Shown here: piece after piece, positions 11,189 to 24,941 of the stretch
Position numbering within the stretch: the stretch's first letter is position 1
Layout: each line of letters opens with the position of its first letter
NCBI GenBank assembly: GCA_951406725.2
Contig: OX597817.1
Coordinates: 74,772,001-74,836,000, forward strand
Source of the DNA: Octopus vulgaris
Lineage: Eukaryota
DNA length: 64,000 nt
Direction of reading: 5' to 3'
The notes under the pieces: generated by a model
What the model was told of the DNA's origin: nothing
Database searches by the model: none
Seen by the model: the letters and a program-made list of their open reading frames with translations, nothing else
Translations under genes and position numbers: made by a program

Positions 11189-11943
11189 GGCACAGGCATG
11201 GCTATGTGGTAAGAAGCTTGCTTCCCAATCACATGGTTCCGTGTTCAGTCCCACTGCATGGGACCTTGGGATAAATGTTTTCTTCTATAGCTTCGGGCCA
11301 ATCAAAGCCTTGTGAATGGATTTGGCAGACAGAAACTGAAAGAAGCCTGTAATATATCTTTATATATAAAAGTGAGGTTGTGTGCTGTCTGTCTCCTACG
11401 ATTTAGATTCCTAACTACTCCCACATTTTGCGGTGCAGTTTAACCAAAACCGGGTATCTTATAGTCGTGATTCATATCGAGCCCTTCTGGGTATTAGCGT
11501 ACATCTACGATGAGTCTATGATTAAAAAAAAAGTTTACCATCAATTTTTCCCATTTTTAATGCATTTTTGGCATATATAAGGGAAGTAACTCTCTAAAAA
11601 TTTATTATTAAATCTCAGAACGTAAAAAGCTACAGTAACACACCCCTTTGTGGTTAGCCATATTGAGATGGCTATTATACTTTACATCTCTAAAAATGCT
11701 TATATAGTTATTTCCCTTACAAACCCGAGCAACGTCGGGCGATACTGCTAGTATATATATAAATCTATTAATGTGTGTGTCTGTGTTTGTCCTCCTGACA
11801 TCACTTGACAACCGGTGTTGAAGTGTTTATGTCCCTGACACTTAGTGGTTCAGTAAAAGAGACTGATAGAATAAGTCCTGGGGATCAATTAAGGCAGTGT
11901 TGCAGTGCAGTCACAGTCAAATGACTGAAACAAATAAGATAAT
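11189..11943 (+). mobile_element. tRNA-derived SINE family A, interrupted by a Helitron
   Basis: Head tggctatgtggtaag...gttcagtccc and CORE-like ccttggg; the tail resumes after 11752 and ends gactgaaacaaataag. Confidence 0.85.
11357..11751 (+). mobile_element. Non-autonomous Helitron
   Basis: Starts TC after host A (11356) and ends CTAG before host T (11752). Subterminal hairpin cccga-gcaacg-tcggg (11724-11739) lies 8 nt before CTAG. No TSD. Confidence 0.88.
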
Positions 11944-13944
11944 AAAGGTAGTGAATTTCAACAAATATGGCAATGAAAGGGTTAACAACCCTGAAGTCCT
12001 TCTTGTATTGCCAGATTTTGTTTGATGATTCCACTTCTTATATCCATTAATTTAATCCCAGACATAAAATATATTGCTATACTTGAAGGTATTCTATAGA
12101 TAATAGTAAATTTATTAGACACAAAGTAAAATATCAGATCAAAGAGGGCATTGTAGAACTATGTAACTTATGGAGAGTTATTGTAGTAACAAAAACTGAA
12201 AAGTCACAAGCAGTGCTTTGTCATTGATTTGTCAGTCACTATTAATCTTCATACTATTCTCAATTCTTTCTCCACTGTCTGTCATTGAGAAGTTAATATA
12301 TACTATATTGTAGCATTTATATCTTAGCAAGGTCAATACGAAACCTGTCTATTATCAACTACCACCGGTAATTTAAAGTCAGTCCATCCATATATTTCTT
12401 TTCAAGCTTTGGAACAATTGTATCAGTATGCAAGACTTTCATTTGGCATTATGACTACCGTGGCATATTTTCAATGAGTGATGGGCAAAATTATCTCACA
12501 GGATAATCTTCAACCTGCCTTCTTGTGTTTAAACAATATCATTTTATGTGGTAACTCCTTAGAACTTTTGCTAATTTCACTATATATTAATATCTTAATT
12601 TTTAGTGGTAGTGGTGGAGAATGTTTTAATGTCCACGCTTCATTACTTGCATGGGCAGGAGAGAATTTGTTGAAGTAGGGATTTTTTTACAGCTAGATGC
12701 TCTTCCTGTTACTAACACTCACCTGTTTCTAAGTAAGGTGATATTTCAAATAGCTTGACATATTTTCATGGAAGATTGTAAGCTAAAGATATTGCGTGTA
12801 TGACACTGATACCGGTTTACCCTATCATGTTGAGGAGATGCTTGACATACACACACACAAACACACACCCATGCACACTTATAGATGTACATACATAAAT
12901 GCATATATTTGTTTTTATGTCAAGTATGATAAACAATTTTACATTAAGCTGAAGGATTACTCAATACTTTTCATAGAGTACATATTTATTATCCTTTTAC
13001 AAGAACAGTGTTGATAGTGGCTTTGAAGTTTTGGCATGCTAGCCTTCATTGGACTGTGGTACATTTGAGTTTGACTTGGCTTTATAGTTCGCACACACAC
13101 ACACACTGGGCTTCTTTCAGTTTCCATCTACCAAAACTAGCCATGTTCCTTTAATAATCAATGTACCATGTAATGGGCAAGTGTTCTTACTTAAGCAGGA
13201 TGTTGAACTTTGACGTTATTCATTGAATTATTTGGTATACAGTTCTCTCTTTTTGCTACTTCTAGAGGAGGGAGGGATCAGTTGGTACTTTCAGTTGATA
13301 AAAGCAGCAGGTGTCTTCTCAGCATTTTAAAGAAGGAAAAAAAAATTGTACAATTAGCGTATATTTTCCATAGTAGTCCACATCATTAAAATTGGTTGCA
13401 GATGGTGATTTGGTATGTTACCATTGGCTTTCATATTGACTAGTTTATTGGTTTATTTTACCTCAGTGTAGGTGTAGATAAAATCTATTATATATCATAT
13501 CTGTTTAATTGTATTAGTTTTGTAAAACATGAATATTTCATGTTTTTTGTGTATTACATTACAGTGAACTGAACTCTCCTGTAATTGTTACTAATGGTAA
13601 CTTATCGATGAAAACAGATTTTGACATAGTTTTTCACATGAACTCCAACTGAATTTAAGAACAATTGAACCAAAACACATGTATCTATAGCACACACACA
13701 ACCATAATTCCACCTTGGCATAATAATATTAACCAGTTGTTAGAACTCAATAACTTACATGCAGCAGTAAATTATCAGGTTAATTAATACAGAGTGTAAT
13801 AACAATTAATGAATGACAAAAGAACAGGAATTATGTAATCATTTCCATTATATAAATCATTGGCACCTGACCTTTTCACCACCAATGACCCCTTTTTATT
13901 TAAATGAGTTTTTCCATGAACCCCTTTTAATAGGCTTATCCTTA

Positions 13945-14001
<57 letters not shown>

Positions 14002-14392
14002 TGTTTTCCTTGCTGACACGGGTTAGAGATTTTGATAGGAGCTGGCAAGCTGGAAGACTGCATCAGACTTCATTGGCATGATTTTTATGACTGGATGCCC
14101 TTTGTAATGCTAACTACTTTACAGAGTTGACTGAATGCTTTTTATGTGGCACCAGCACTTGTGAGGACTGTTTTGGCATGATTTTTATGCAGCTGGATGC
14201 CAACCACTAAACAGTGTGGACTGGATGCTTTCTATTTAACACCAGCACTATCAGTGTCACCAAGTAATTCAGAAGACAAAGATCCTTTAATGGAGGAGGT
14301 GGCCTTGTGCCAGGTGATGAGAGGTTTGTGTGACAGAGAGACAGAAACAGGTGTCTTACTATAGAGGAGATACACGGTTACTCAATCGGAGG

Positions 14393-14423
<31 letters not shown>

Positions 14424-14787
14424 TAATTGCATAAGATAACTGTTTTGATTCTTGGATTGGATGACACTTGAGCAAATCTTGCATTGCTCTGTGATCACAT
14501 CAACATCTGATGTGTGGCTCACTGTACACCTGCACCGGCAATGTTGATTTGATGGAGGGAGTGGGCTAATGTACATATAGTACAAACATATGGTCACTAT
14601 AAACAAATCACCTGTGCAAGTTGTTAGAAGAAACTGTGGAACCTTCATTAATTGTGTCTATGACACGTTACCCCGTAATATATATTCATATATATATACA
14701 CCAGAGTAAGCACATAAATACGAAACAAGGTGGAAAAAATAGTACTCGAATACCAGAGGTAGAATAATATGCTTTATTAATAGAGTA

Positions 14788-14849
<62 letters not shown>

Positions 14850-14850
14850 A

Positions 14851-15165
14851 GGTGCATGGTTTAGTGATTAAGGTATTTGGCTCACAATCGTAAGGTCATA
14901 AGTTTGATTCCTAGCAACACAGTGTGTCCTTGAGCAAGACACTTTATTTAATGTTGCTCTAGTTCACTCAGTTGGTAAAAATGTGTAGTATCTGTATTTC
15001 AAAGGGCCAGTCTTGTCACATTCTGTGTCATGCTGAATATCCCTGAGAATTACATTGGGGGTACATGTGTCTGTAGAGTGCTCAGCTACTCGCATGTTAA
15101 TTTCATGAGCAAGCTGATCCATTGATTGGATCAACTGGAACCCTCATTGTAACCAACAGTGCCAG
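14851..15165 (+). mobile_element. tRNA-derived SINE, family F
   Basis: A-box-like tggtttagtgattaagg, B-box-like agtttgattcc, then gtgtccttgagcaagacacttt core. Body unlike families A and B. Confidence 0.7.
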
Positions 15166-16389
15166 TATATGCGTACTTGTGTATGAAGCATAGACATATA
15201 TCCATCTAAGTGCTACAGATGACGAATGTGGATACTTCATTTTTCCCTTGTCAAAAAAGAATTAGTCCAATAATTTTTCATAAACTGTAACATTTTGTTG
15301 TTGTGAGCAAGGAAAAAAAAAGAAAAGAACATCAGTGACCGATTTAAAAAAAACTCTTTACGTTTTTGTTTTTTATCTTTTGTTTTCGTTTACAAAGTAT
15401 GCCAACTTGGAAACATATAAACATAAAACAATGGTGCCATCATTGTTTTTGTAAAAGAATTGTTTTCAGTATTTTAAGTCTTTTGCTAATATAACAAATG
15501 ACATGATTGATTGTTATTTTTTTCTTTTTTTTCTTCCTTTTTGTTGTTTTTGCACGAGAATAATGTTGGCACAAAATATGAAAATGTATTGAGCAGATTC
15601 TTTTGAATGCTAAGCCTATTTATGAATGTTGGTTTATACCATTGTAGCTACAAACACGATAAACAAAGTAGTTGATCTTCTGCAATAAGAAATTTACAAA
15701 GTAATACACACTCTCTCTCTCTTATCCTTCTTCTAAAATGTTTTGTACACCAGGTTGTTGCCCTCGCAATACATTCCTAGATTAGACTTGTGTGTATATT
15801 TGTTTCTGTAATTTGTTCTTTCATTAGAAAAATCTCAGGTAGCTGTAGTTTCTTTGTAGCAACTATCATTTCATACACATTTGAAATGAAATAAATTCAG
15901 TAACAATAATAAATCTTCTTTAAAATATATCCACATTATTTATCCAGTAGATTTACCCAACATTTATCTTCTTAATTCATGTGATCTTCTCAGTGGAGTG
16001 TACTGTTCCACTGAGGACATCATCATCATTTAGCATCTATGTTCCATACTGGTGTGAGTTGGAGTTTGACAAGATCCAATGATTTCAGGCACTGCTTTGT
16101 GTTCTACTGTCTACTTTGGTATGGTTTCTATGGTTGGATGCTCTTTTTAATGCCAATTATTTTACAGTATGTCCTTGGGTTTCTTTTTTTGGTGCATCAG
16201 CACTAGTGAGGTTACCATGCAGCTTATGAGACTAAGAATCCAAAGAGAGTGGTGGCACTATACTAGGAGAGGAAGGGTTAAAGTGTGAGGGAAGAGGCTT
16301 CCTGCTGTAGAGGGGCCACATGGCCACTCACATTTTAGAAGAGAAAGTAAGGATGATCAAGGTGGGGAAGGTATGAAATAGTGATGAGG

Positions 16390-16715
16390 AGGTGGCTGTT
16401 TGGTAAGAAGCTTGCTTCTCAACCACATGGTTCTGGGTTCAGTCCCACTGTGTAGCACTTTGGTCAAGTGTCTTCTACTGTAGTCTCAGGCTGACCAAAG
16501 CTTTGTGAGTAGATTTGGTGGATGGAAACTGAAAGAAGCCTGTCGTGTTTATGTCCCCATAACTTAGCAGTTTGGCAGAAAAGATCCATAGAATAAGTAC
16601 AAGGCTTTAAAAAAATAAAAAGAAAGCAATCCTGGAATCAATTCATTCAACTAAAAATTCTTTGAGGCAATGCTCCAACATGGCTGCAGTTTAAATGACT
16701 AAAATAAACAAAAAG
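16390..16715 (+). mobile_element. SINE family A, degenerate
   Basis: gtggctgtttggtaagaagcttgcttc...gggttcagtcccactg...catggctgcagtttaaatgactaaaa. Confidence 0.8.
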
Positions 16716-16962
16716 TTATCTGTGTAGATTCTCAAGGTACAAGTGAGTAAAAGTGAATGGGGGACAGATGAACCAGGAGTATCGGTGAGCGGAGATTGCA
16801 AGAGCATATAAGGAGTGAGAGAAGGAATAAGGTTAGAAGTGGAGAAAAAGGATGAGAAATTGGTTCTGTAAATAACCATTTCAATAATATATGAAATGTT
16901 CTATTTTGCCTTACATTTTTTCAAGAGAGTTGTCCAACCCACACCAGCATGGAAGCTGGATG

Positions 16963-17191
16963 TTAACCCTTTAGCATTCAGATTATTTTGTCACATGTTA
17001 TGTTTCTTTATTCACATTGTTTTAAATTACTCATGCATTCTCTCATAACTTTGAGACTTCAGTGATGGAGTTGTATATACTGAGAATGACATGTTATGGT
17101 ATGTGTGAGAGGCCGGATAGGGCCAGTAGGAGTAAAAAACAAGTAGAATTTTTAAGTCAGATATGGACAGTTTAAATGTTAAAGGGTTTAA
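16963..17191 (+). mobile_element. piggyBac-like MITE family D, inserted in the TTAA of an RTE-type tail
   Basis: ttaa-ccctttagcatt...aatgttaaaggg-tttaa. Left flank ccagcatggaagctggatg and right flank ttatgatgatgatgatg rejoin an RTE tail. Confidence 0.82.
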
Positions 17192-18161
17192 TTATGATGA
17201 TGATGATGGTAATGAGGGTACCAGTGAAACTATTGATTATGGTATCCAGTTTAGTATAATTTCAAATATTTTTTTAAACTTGGCTTTTCCTTTCATTTGA
17301 TTTAGCATTGCTAAAAATAAGTACCAGATGTATGTCACTTAAATCAACTAATACACACCCTTCCCTGCAGAATTCATTTGCCTAAAAGAAGTCATTAGTT
17401 TTAACTTCTTTATTGCTTTTTTTTAGTAAATGGTTGAATCTTCATCAGCTGACATCAGAAAGACCAATTAATTATAAGGCCAAATATTTCCTCTTCTGAA
17501 TACTTTGTTTCGGCATTGCTATAGCATATTTATTATGGTTTACAGCTAGAGGGATTATGTTCAGTAGCCATTATAAGTACTGACAATAGTATTTGACTAG
17601 GAAAGGTTACAAGTGCCACTACCCTAATTTTGAATTCATAAATTAAGTGAAAAATAAGTATAGTGTGAAAACTATAAATGTAAATAGAGTTAGCTTTATT
17701 GAAATGTCACTGGTTCTCTGGTTTATAGTATTACAGTTTGGCAACACTTCCAAAATAGGTAGCTTGAGGATGGATTGTGGCAAATATGTTTGAAGGAGTG
17801 GCGCTTGTAAATAGTAATGTTTCTGTATTCTTCGAATTTGTTCATTTTATTATTTTTCTTTTTTGTTAGTGGAACAAATTTGGGTCATGTATTATGTAAG
17901 AAACCAAGTGTTTTTGACCAGGAATATGACATTTATAGGAAGATATTACTGGAAAGGATTATTTTGGTTTTGATGGACATGGTTGTAGTGTGTGTAACGG
18001 TTCTGAAATAGATATCATACATGTTTATTACACCTAACTTAGAGAGGAAGTTCAAGAAATACACACATGTATTTTGTTTTCTTCTCTCTTTCTATTTTAC
18101 AAACATAGACATTTGCACTTAACTCATTTCATCCTTGTGTTTCTTAAACTCGAATAGATAT

Positions 18162-19035
18162 TATCAGGTTGAGTAAAAGATAAGCAACATTTTGAACCAT
18201 GAAGAATTTGTACCGGATTTTTGCAAAGTTTTGAATTTTTTTTTAAACATGTTTTTGTAATTGTCTGATAATACAGACATAGACTTGCCCAAATGCATCA
18301 ATAAATTAACATTGATATTTTTTTTTACCGTTGTTACAATATCTGAAATAGAATAAGCAATTTTGCTATTCAACTTCAAAAAAAAGTACATAAAGCAGCT
18401 GAAACTGTTTGCAATATCAACTAAACGTTTGTGAGGAAATGACCATTGAGTGGTCAGCTTGAAAATGGTTTAACCCTTTTAACCCGGAATTTTTTATCAA
18501 GTCAGAAATTGCACAGGGTTTGTACACATGTGAACCTTTTGAGCTGTCATTATAGTTTTGTGCATTCCAATTATACATCTGGCACTACATACTTACCAGA
18601 AAAACTGGAGCAGTACTATACTACATCACATAGAATGGGAATTTTAAAGGTTTGGGTTGTAAAATTTTTGTGTGCAAATATGTACCAGCCAGGCTGACAG
18701 GGTGAAACAATTTTGCAGTCAAGACCTGAGCCTTGATTATTGTGAACATAGTGGATGCTCATATATCCTCTATGACAATCAATTAAAGACCGTCATGGAG
18801 AAAGATCCACATAAAACCACTTGAGAACTGGCAAAAGAACTTCAAGTTAGCCAGAAAACTGCCTACAACCATTTGCAACCAGAAAATCCATTACTTCAGA
18901 AACATATTACCATGAAATTGCTAAAATTAACAAAAAACTGCTACTCCTCCATCCCAGACTGATCAACAGAATTGGGCCAATCATTCTTCATGACAATACT
19001 TGACCACATGTTTCACTAATGATGTTCCAGAAGTT
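18162..19035 (+). mobile_element. Decayed mariner (Hsmar1-like) transposon with internal deletion and nested insertion
   Basis: TIR-like tatcaggttg start. Broken-frame peptides KAAETVCNIN...KWF, DNQLKTVMEKDPHKTT*ELAKELQVSQKT, ITSETYYHEI, RLINRIGPIILHDNT*PHV match mariner HTH and HDNARPH motifs. Confidence 0.85.
18470..18706. mobile_element. TTAA-targeted (piggyBac-like) insert within the mariner ORF
   Basis: ttaa-ccct...aggg-tgaa. The transposase reading (..KWF | QFCSQDLSL..) resumes on either side. Confidence 0.55.
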
Positions 19036-19697
19036 CATGGTACATCCTGACACATCTTCTTCACCATCTTTTCTCTTTCTAACCTTTCCTTTTCACTATC
19101 CTTAGCCATGCATCTCCTCTACAGCATGACACCTGTTTCTGTCCCTCTATCATATTTTAATCTCTCATTTTTAGCCACAAAGCCACCTCCCTCAATACTA
19201 CCACCCTGCAACTGAGGGGCCCTGTCTTGCTAGTTACTTGATGATCTCATCATTGGTGCCATGTTAAAAAGCACCCAGTACCCTTCCCTTTGTAAAGTGA
19301 TTGGTGTTAGGAAGGGCATTTAGTTGTAGAAACTATACCAAAGTAGACAGTAGAACTTGGTGCAGTCCTCTGGCTTGCCAGCTCTTGTCAAACCATCCAA
19401 CTCATACAGGCATGGAAAATGAATGTTGGAGGGTGAAGATGATTGTTAGTATTAAATTTTTCAAAAGTGTTTTGGAAAAAGTCATGTAAAAGAAAGCATT
19501 TGTTAAGTTAAATTAGAAATTTGTTTGGAATGCAAGTTGTAAAACTTTACATGCAGAATAGTTAATCAAATCACAATAGTAGTATATAACAGCTGTAGCA
19601 AGTTTTAAACATTTTGACATATAGAATTCATTAACTTCTTTGTGTGTGTGTGTGTGATGAATTTTGTTGTTTTATTTACACTTTTCTATTAAATGTA

Positions 19698-20075
19698 GGC
19701 GTAGGAGTGGCTGTGTGGTAAGTAGCTTGCTTCGAACCACATGGTTCCGGGTTCAGTCCCACTGCATGGCACCTTAGGTAAGTGTCTTCTACTATAGCCT
19801 CGGGCCAACCAAAGCCTTGTGAATGGATTTGGTAGACAGAAACTGAAAGAAGCCCGTCGTATATACGTATATATATGTGTGTGTTTGTACCCCAACATCG
19901 CTTGACAACTGATGCTGGTGTGTTGATGTCCTCGTAACTTAGCGGTTCGGCAAAGAGACCGATAAAATAAGTACTAGGCTTACAAAAAATAAGTCCTGGG
20001 GTCAATTTGCTCGACTAAAGGCAGTGCTCCAGCATGACCGCAGTCAAATGACTGAAACAAGTAAAAGAGAGAGAG
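19698..20075 (+). mobile_element. SINE family A, full length
   Basis: ggcgtaggagtggctgtgtggtaag (A-box), gggttcagtccc (B-box), CORE-like ccttaggtaagtgtctt, central (TA)/(TG) tract, tail gactgaaacaagtaaaagag. Confidence 0.92.
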
Positions 20076-20616
20076 TAATGAATAAAAGTTATCTGCAAAA
20101 TAATATGAAAAAGCAATGAAATAAAAATGCTTAACTAATTTTAAGCAGATATGAAAATAGGTAAAAATAAATATAGAAATAATTAAAAGTAAGCAGCTTT
20201 TCATATTTATATGGAGTTTCATTTTTGACATTAAATAGCAGTTCTCATTTCTTAGGGTTTGGTGATAATTACATATTACTTCATTTAAAATACTTGTATG
20301 AATTACTGGATGAAATGAGGACAATAATTTGAAGAATTATAGTGTATCAAATGCCTTAATTAGTAGTACTCTCTTTTCTTTCTTATTTTTCAATTTTTAA
20401 AAAATTAATTGTTCTATCATTTAGTTTCCATTGGCTGATCATATTTCCTCTAATTAGTTAATAATTTCATGGAACAGGAGATGACTCATGTCAAAAGAGG
20501 CTTTGCCAGTGATGGAGTATCTGTAATTAGATCATAGTTCCCAATGTTGGAGACTAGACCTTAAAAAGCTTATCTAAACTTCAATCTCATCTGCAACAGG
20601 TGGTGGTTATTATTTT

Positions 20617-20815
20617 GTTTAGCCCCAGGTCAATGTTGATCAAAGGCATTTCAGCTGTGACCATAGCATCTTTTCTGAAGACTATTTTATCCAATATAGG
20701 ACTATTTTATCCAATATTTACTTCCTGTTTTTTTTTAAAACCCTGTAGGAGTGATTTGAAAGAAATTTGACTGCTATTTCTAACAAGTCAAGTAAACCTG
20801 TAGAGGTTCCTTCAT
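20617..20815. repeat. Unclassified interspersed repeat family G (other copies ~4735-4930, 46722-46935, 62480-62640)
   Basis: Shared gtttagcccc.ggtca...ggactatattgtccaat...gatttga...gctatttctagc blocks. Confidence 0.55.
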
Positions 20816-21629
20816 GGGCCCCTCCAGCAGTTCTCTCTACAGATCTGCTTCATTGGTAAAAATTGGATGTGTAAATGGCTCATATTGCTTAAAAGGAAAA
20901 AGAGAAAAAGGTTCAGAAGGAATAAACTTCACATTCCCCTACAAGTTTTTCTTCTTTCAGATAATAGACACACCAATAAAATAATATTTAATGATTGTAT
21001 TCTTATAATCTATAATTTGGCAAGGTCATTAGTTGAAGACACTTGCCCAAGGTGCCACTACACAGTACCTTTTACAAGTGTTTTCTGTAGCCCTGACCAA
21101 CCAAAACTTCATGTGTATATTTGGTAGATAGATACTAAAAGAAGCTAATCATATACATAAACACACACATATACGTACCCACACATATGTATGCATGTGT
21201 GTGTGTGTGTATCTGTCTGTCTGTCTGTCTGTCTGTCTTGGCATGGACAGACATGATTGTAAATGAGCATCACTGTTCATAAAAGAGGTTGTTTATTTCC
21301 AGTTTTCCATGAAAAACATGTCTGGTCGTGGAGGAAATATATTGTCTTACTTGGAAACAGGTGAGAATTAGAAACAGGAAATGAATTCAGTTGTAGAAGA
21401 AAATCTACCTCAACAAATTCCATCTGACCCATGAAAAAGTTGACATTAATAGTGATGATAATGTTGACAAATTTTATGAGTTGCTCAGTTTAACAGTGCC
21501 CAGACCTGTATGACTCAGCTAAACTAATCACAAACCAGCAAAGGAAACCTCTATATGGCTACTAGATAAAGCAGTCATTTTATCCTCCATTCCCTACCAC
21601 CAGTTCACAGGAACAGCATCTCCATTATT

Positions 21630-22376
21630 GTCTTAAAAAAAGTAAGGCCCAATGATGGCAGCTTTTCTAAAAGCACACCAGATCGTCACTTTTGGGCTGT
21701 GCATTGGTCTTTCGGGCAGTTCTCTTGGATTTTCAAGAGCCCAATAATGACAGTTCTGTTGATTCACCATACCATTGAGATGAAAATGAGGTGGTCATTT
21801 GTCTCAAAAATTGCTTCCATTTGATGTGCAAAGTTATGCCACTTTGTATAGTCCCATGGTTTCAACTGTTGTCCATTGACCAATTTGTATTGGTAGAAAT
21901 GCCGGCCCTGATGCAAAATATGCTTTACTAATCGATTACTGATGCCGAGTTTAATGGAATGCCTCCGAGCAGAGTGATTCAGGACTGTGTATCAAAGCGT
22001 GTCAGATGCGTTCCACATTTTTCAGTGTCCGTACTGTTTGTAGCATCACCACCGATCCCCTATTCATTAGTGTACCTCATGTACAAAGTGCATTCATCGA
22101 ACATAAGATTGTGTTACAGGTGGGAACAGCCTGATTTGATGAATGTTGAAGTGGCACTGAAACTCATGTTGAACTGCTGTGACAGACTCGTTATTCTTCA
22201 AGTACCTGTCGTAGGCAAAAAAGGGGTTGCTCTATCGTCCACAATGGCATGGCTTCACCTGAAAAGAAAAAAAAATATGCTAAGACACCACAGACCAAAT
22301 GGTACCTGTCAGACATGTCCTTCCCCCTGGGGCTGAGTAATAGCCATTCCAAAAATGTCCTCTGCCCCACCCTGTG
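21630..22376 (-). mobile_element. Decayed Tc1/mariner-superfamily transposase (DUF4817-type N-terminal HTH)
   Basis: Minus-strand broken frames: MPLWTIEQ..FAYDRYLKNNESVTAVQHEFQCHFNI..VPTCNTIL; VRTLKNVERI; FHLNGMVNQQNCHYWALENPRELPERPMHS..VTIWCAF..IIGPYFF. Terminus cagggtg at ~22368-22374. Confidence 0.85.
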
Positions 22377-24078
22377 CAACAACAGGCAATCCATCAAATC
22401 TTAATTCAGTTAATGAAATTTACCATGAATTTGTTCTTTTTATGACTTGGTTGTATATGTTATAAACATGCAATTGGAAGGATATTGCATTTAGTTTTAT
22501 TGGAAGTTTAATTCTACTTCTAAAAGATTAGGCAAGAATTGAAAACCCATTGATGTAATTTATTTATATAACTAGAATGTTACCCATGTCATACAACAGG
22601 TAACTTTGGAAGTATACATTTACTACAATGGGTAAATTAATGAATAAGGTATGCAATATTTCATATTACCCACGGTGGCCAAAATATATATTGTAGTAAT
22701 TGTAGTAGTATGTTCATTTGGAACAGGTTGCTATAAATTCTCAAGTTAGTAAATACCCTAGTGATTAATGCTAAAAAGAAAAAAAAAGTCCTTTATTGAT
22801 GAGCATCTAACCTGAAAAGCATCAAAGAAAAATATTCATTACAATAAATACTAACTACTGCAGAGCTTTTTTCAGTTACAGCCAATTATTCTATCATTTA
22901 ACGCCACCTCCTCTATGATGCTATGTGTGTGCCTGCAGCATTCTTTTACTCATTGCCTGCCACCAAGCCTTATATGTACACTCACCTGCACCTCTTATAT
23001 TAACTACTTTTTTACTTTCTCTCTCATCTGTATGGTGTAAAGCATAACTGGAGAGAAATCAACCGATAAACTAACTGGCATTTATATTAAGCTATTATTA
23101 AACAGAGATTATTATTGTTACAGCTGCAGTTATTTACAAGGCAGAGTATTTAGTATCATATTTACTCAATTTCTATGTTATCTCCAGTATATGACCAATT
23201 TTCGTATCTAAAAAATTGGTAATACAGTTTATCATCATATCTTTCATGACATTAAACTTTGCCTGTTCTGTGTATCACATGTGACACACAAGACATATTT
23301 CCCTGGCACCCATGCATCATGCATGATACACACAACCAGTTTTTTTCAACCACCAGAGTAACTTTACTTTATGTTACTCTGAATGTATGAAACAAGGGCT
23401 GACTAAGCATGGATATTTCAGATAAATTTATGATAATGCTTTAGACAGGCAAAGGATTAAGTTTAAATTTCGACTAAATTCTGAGTTTAAATGTTGCACT
23501 GTAGCATTATATCTCTTTTCTACAACCATACTTTTGTTATATAAAGGCCAAAGGTTTTTTTTTAGTGTCTTTTTTTTTTTTCCTTTTTGCAATTAGCATA
23601 CATCAGTAATGTAACTTCCATGTTTTAAATTGTAATCCTATAAATAATCCCTTTTCAACAACAGTATGTATGACCACACTATCAATAATGTTTCTGATTA
23701 CAGTGAAGCGTTGCCATTGGATGTGTTTGCTATGTATGCAGTGTTTAATAAATAACTGCAGGCAGTGAAGTGTATAAGTTGTTAGATATCTCGGGGCTAC
23801 TGCTTTCAGTTTCTTCATTTCCATAGGTTTAATGTTTGTCTTTTTCCTTATTTTTATTACGCTGATTATAATGTTAATCCCTAATTCTGACTGTGATCTT
23901 TTATATTAAATTTTTTTCACTTCATACTTGAATAAATGCAGTATGTATCTCTGTATCCTGAGTTCAACTCCTTCGATATACATTTTGTCCTTTGGAAGTC
24001 AGTAAAATATAAGTAATCTTTTCTAACAAATTGTGCTAGTATGAGAAACCCTAAGAAATATAGACTGTTGCTTAAGAG

Positions 24079-24310
24079 CAGTGGTTCATATGGCTCTTAG
24101 GGGTCCATATAAAATTTTGTTATTAAAATTTATCTGCAATAAATTGGTTATACTTCTTCAATACACAAAATATTTTAATTATTTTGAAACAATTCCTAAT
24201 AATGTTATAAAAATATAATGGGATTTTTTTAACATTGAATGTCTAGGAAGGTTCATCCAAATAAAGTAGGAATCAAAAGCATTAGGTTAAAAAATGATTG
24301 AGAAACACTG
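24079..24310. mobile_element. hAT (Charlie/MER5-like) MITE
   Basis: Ends cagtggttc / gagaaacactg; 8-bp TSD cttaagag / ctttagag (7/8). Confidence 0.8.
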
Positions 24311-24941
24311 CTTTAGAGTATCAAGTTGTATCCCTCTGTATGCTCTTATTTTAAGTCTCACAGAAGTAGACTTTGGTTTGTTTATTTTTTTGTTCACTGA
24401 AGGACTGAATCCTCACAAACTGTTGTGTTAATTTTAGTAATATTATTAAAAGTTATTATTATAATTCTCACATGCTAAAAATTGAGCTTTGATATTTACT
24501 TGCTAGTCTCTACGACCAATAGTATCTGTAGATTCTCTCCACTTTGTACAAAGGACAGTCTTAAGATAAAAAAGTTGTTTTTTTCCCTCTTCCAATAAGC
24601 ATATACAGAAATGTGTGGCTGGTGTCAAACTTCTCAAACAGCTTTATTTTAAAATGTTCCATTGACAGCAGTGTTGACATTGTCATTGACAACTATGTTG
24701 CTAACTATATGATGACACTGTTGCTAATGATAATGGCAGTAAATTTGATAATGAGATTTGGCATTGATATTGATAATGGTATTGATCATATGGATAACTA
24801 TTATTAATGACAATGATGTTGATAACCATTATTAGTAATGACAATATTGTTGACAATTACTCTCATTAAGATAAAACCACCATGGAAATAATCGATCGAT
24901 ACTGGGCATTATATATAGCCAGTCAGAAAAAATTATAGATA

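Larger units (their letters stand above)
10996..11985 (+). mobile_element. piggyBac-like MITE family E, split by SINE A + Helitron
   Basis: Left part (10996-11188) plus right part (11944-11985, ends aaagggttaa) together match the uninterrupted copy at 4209-4433. Confidence 0.75.

Noticed and set aside
24655-24860. Asp/Asn/Ile-rich ORF-like region
   Set aside because: Degenerate (GAT/AAT/GAC)n low-complexity sequence without splice or codon evidence.
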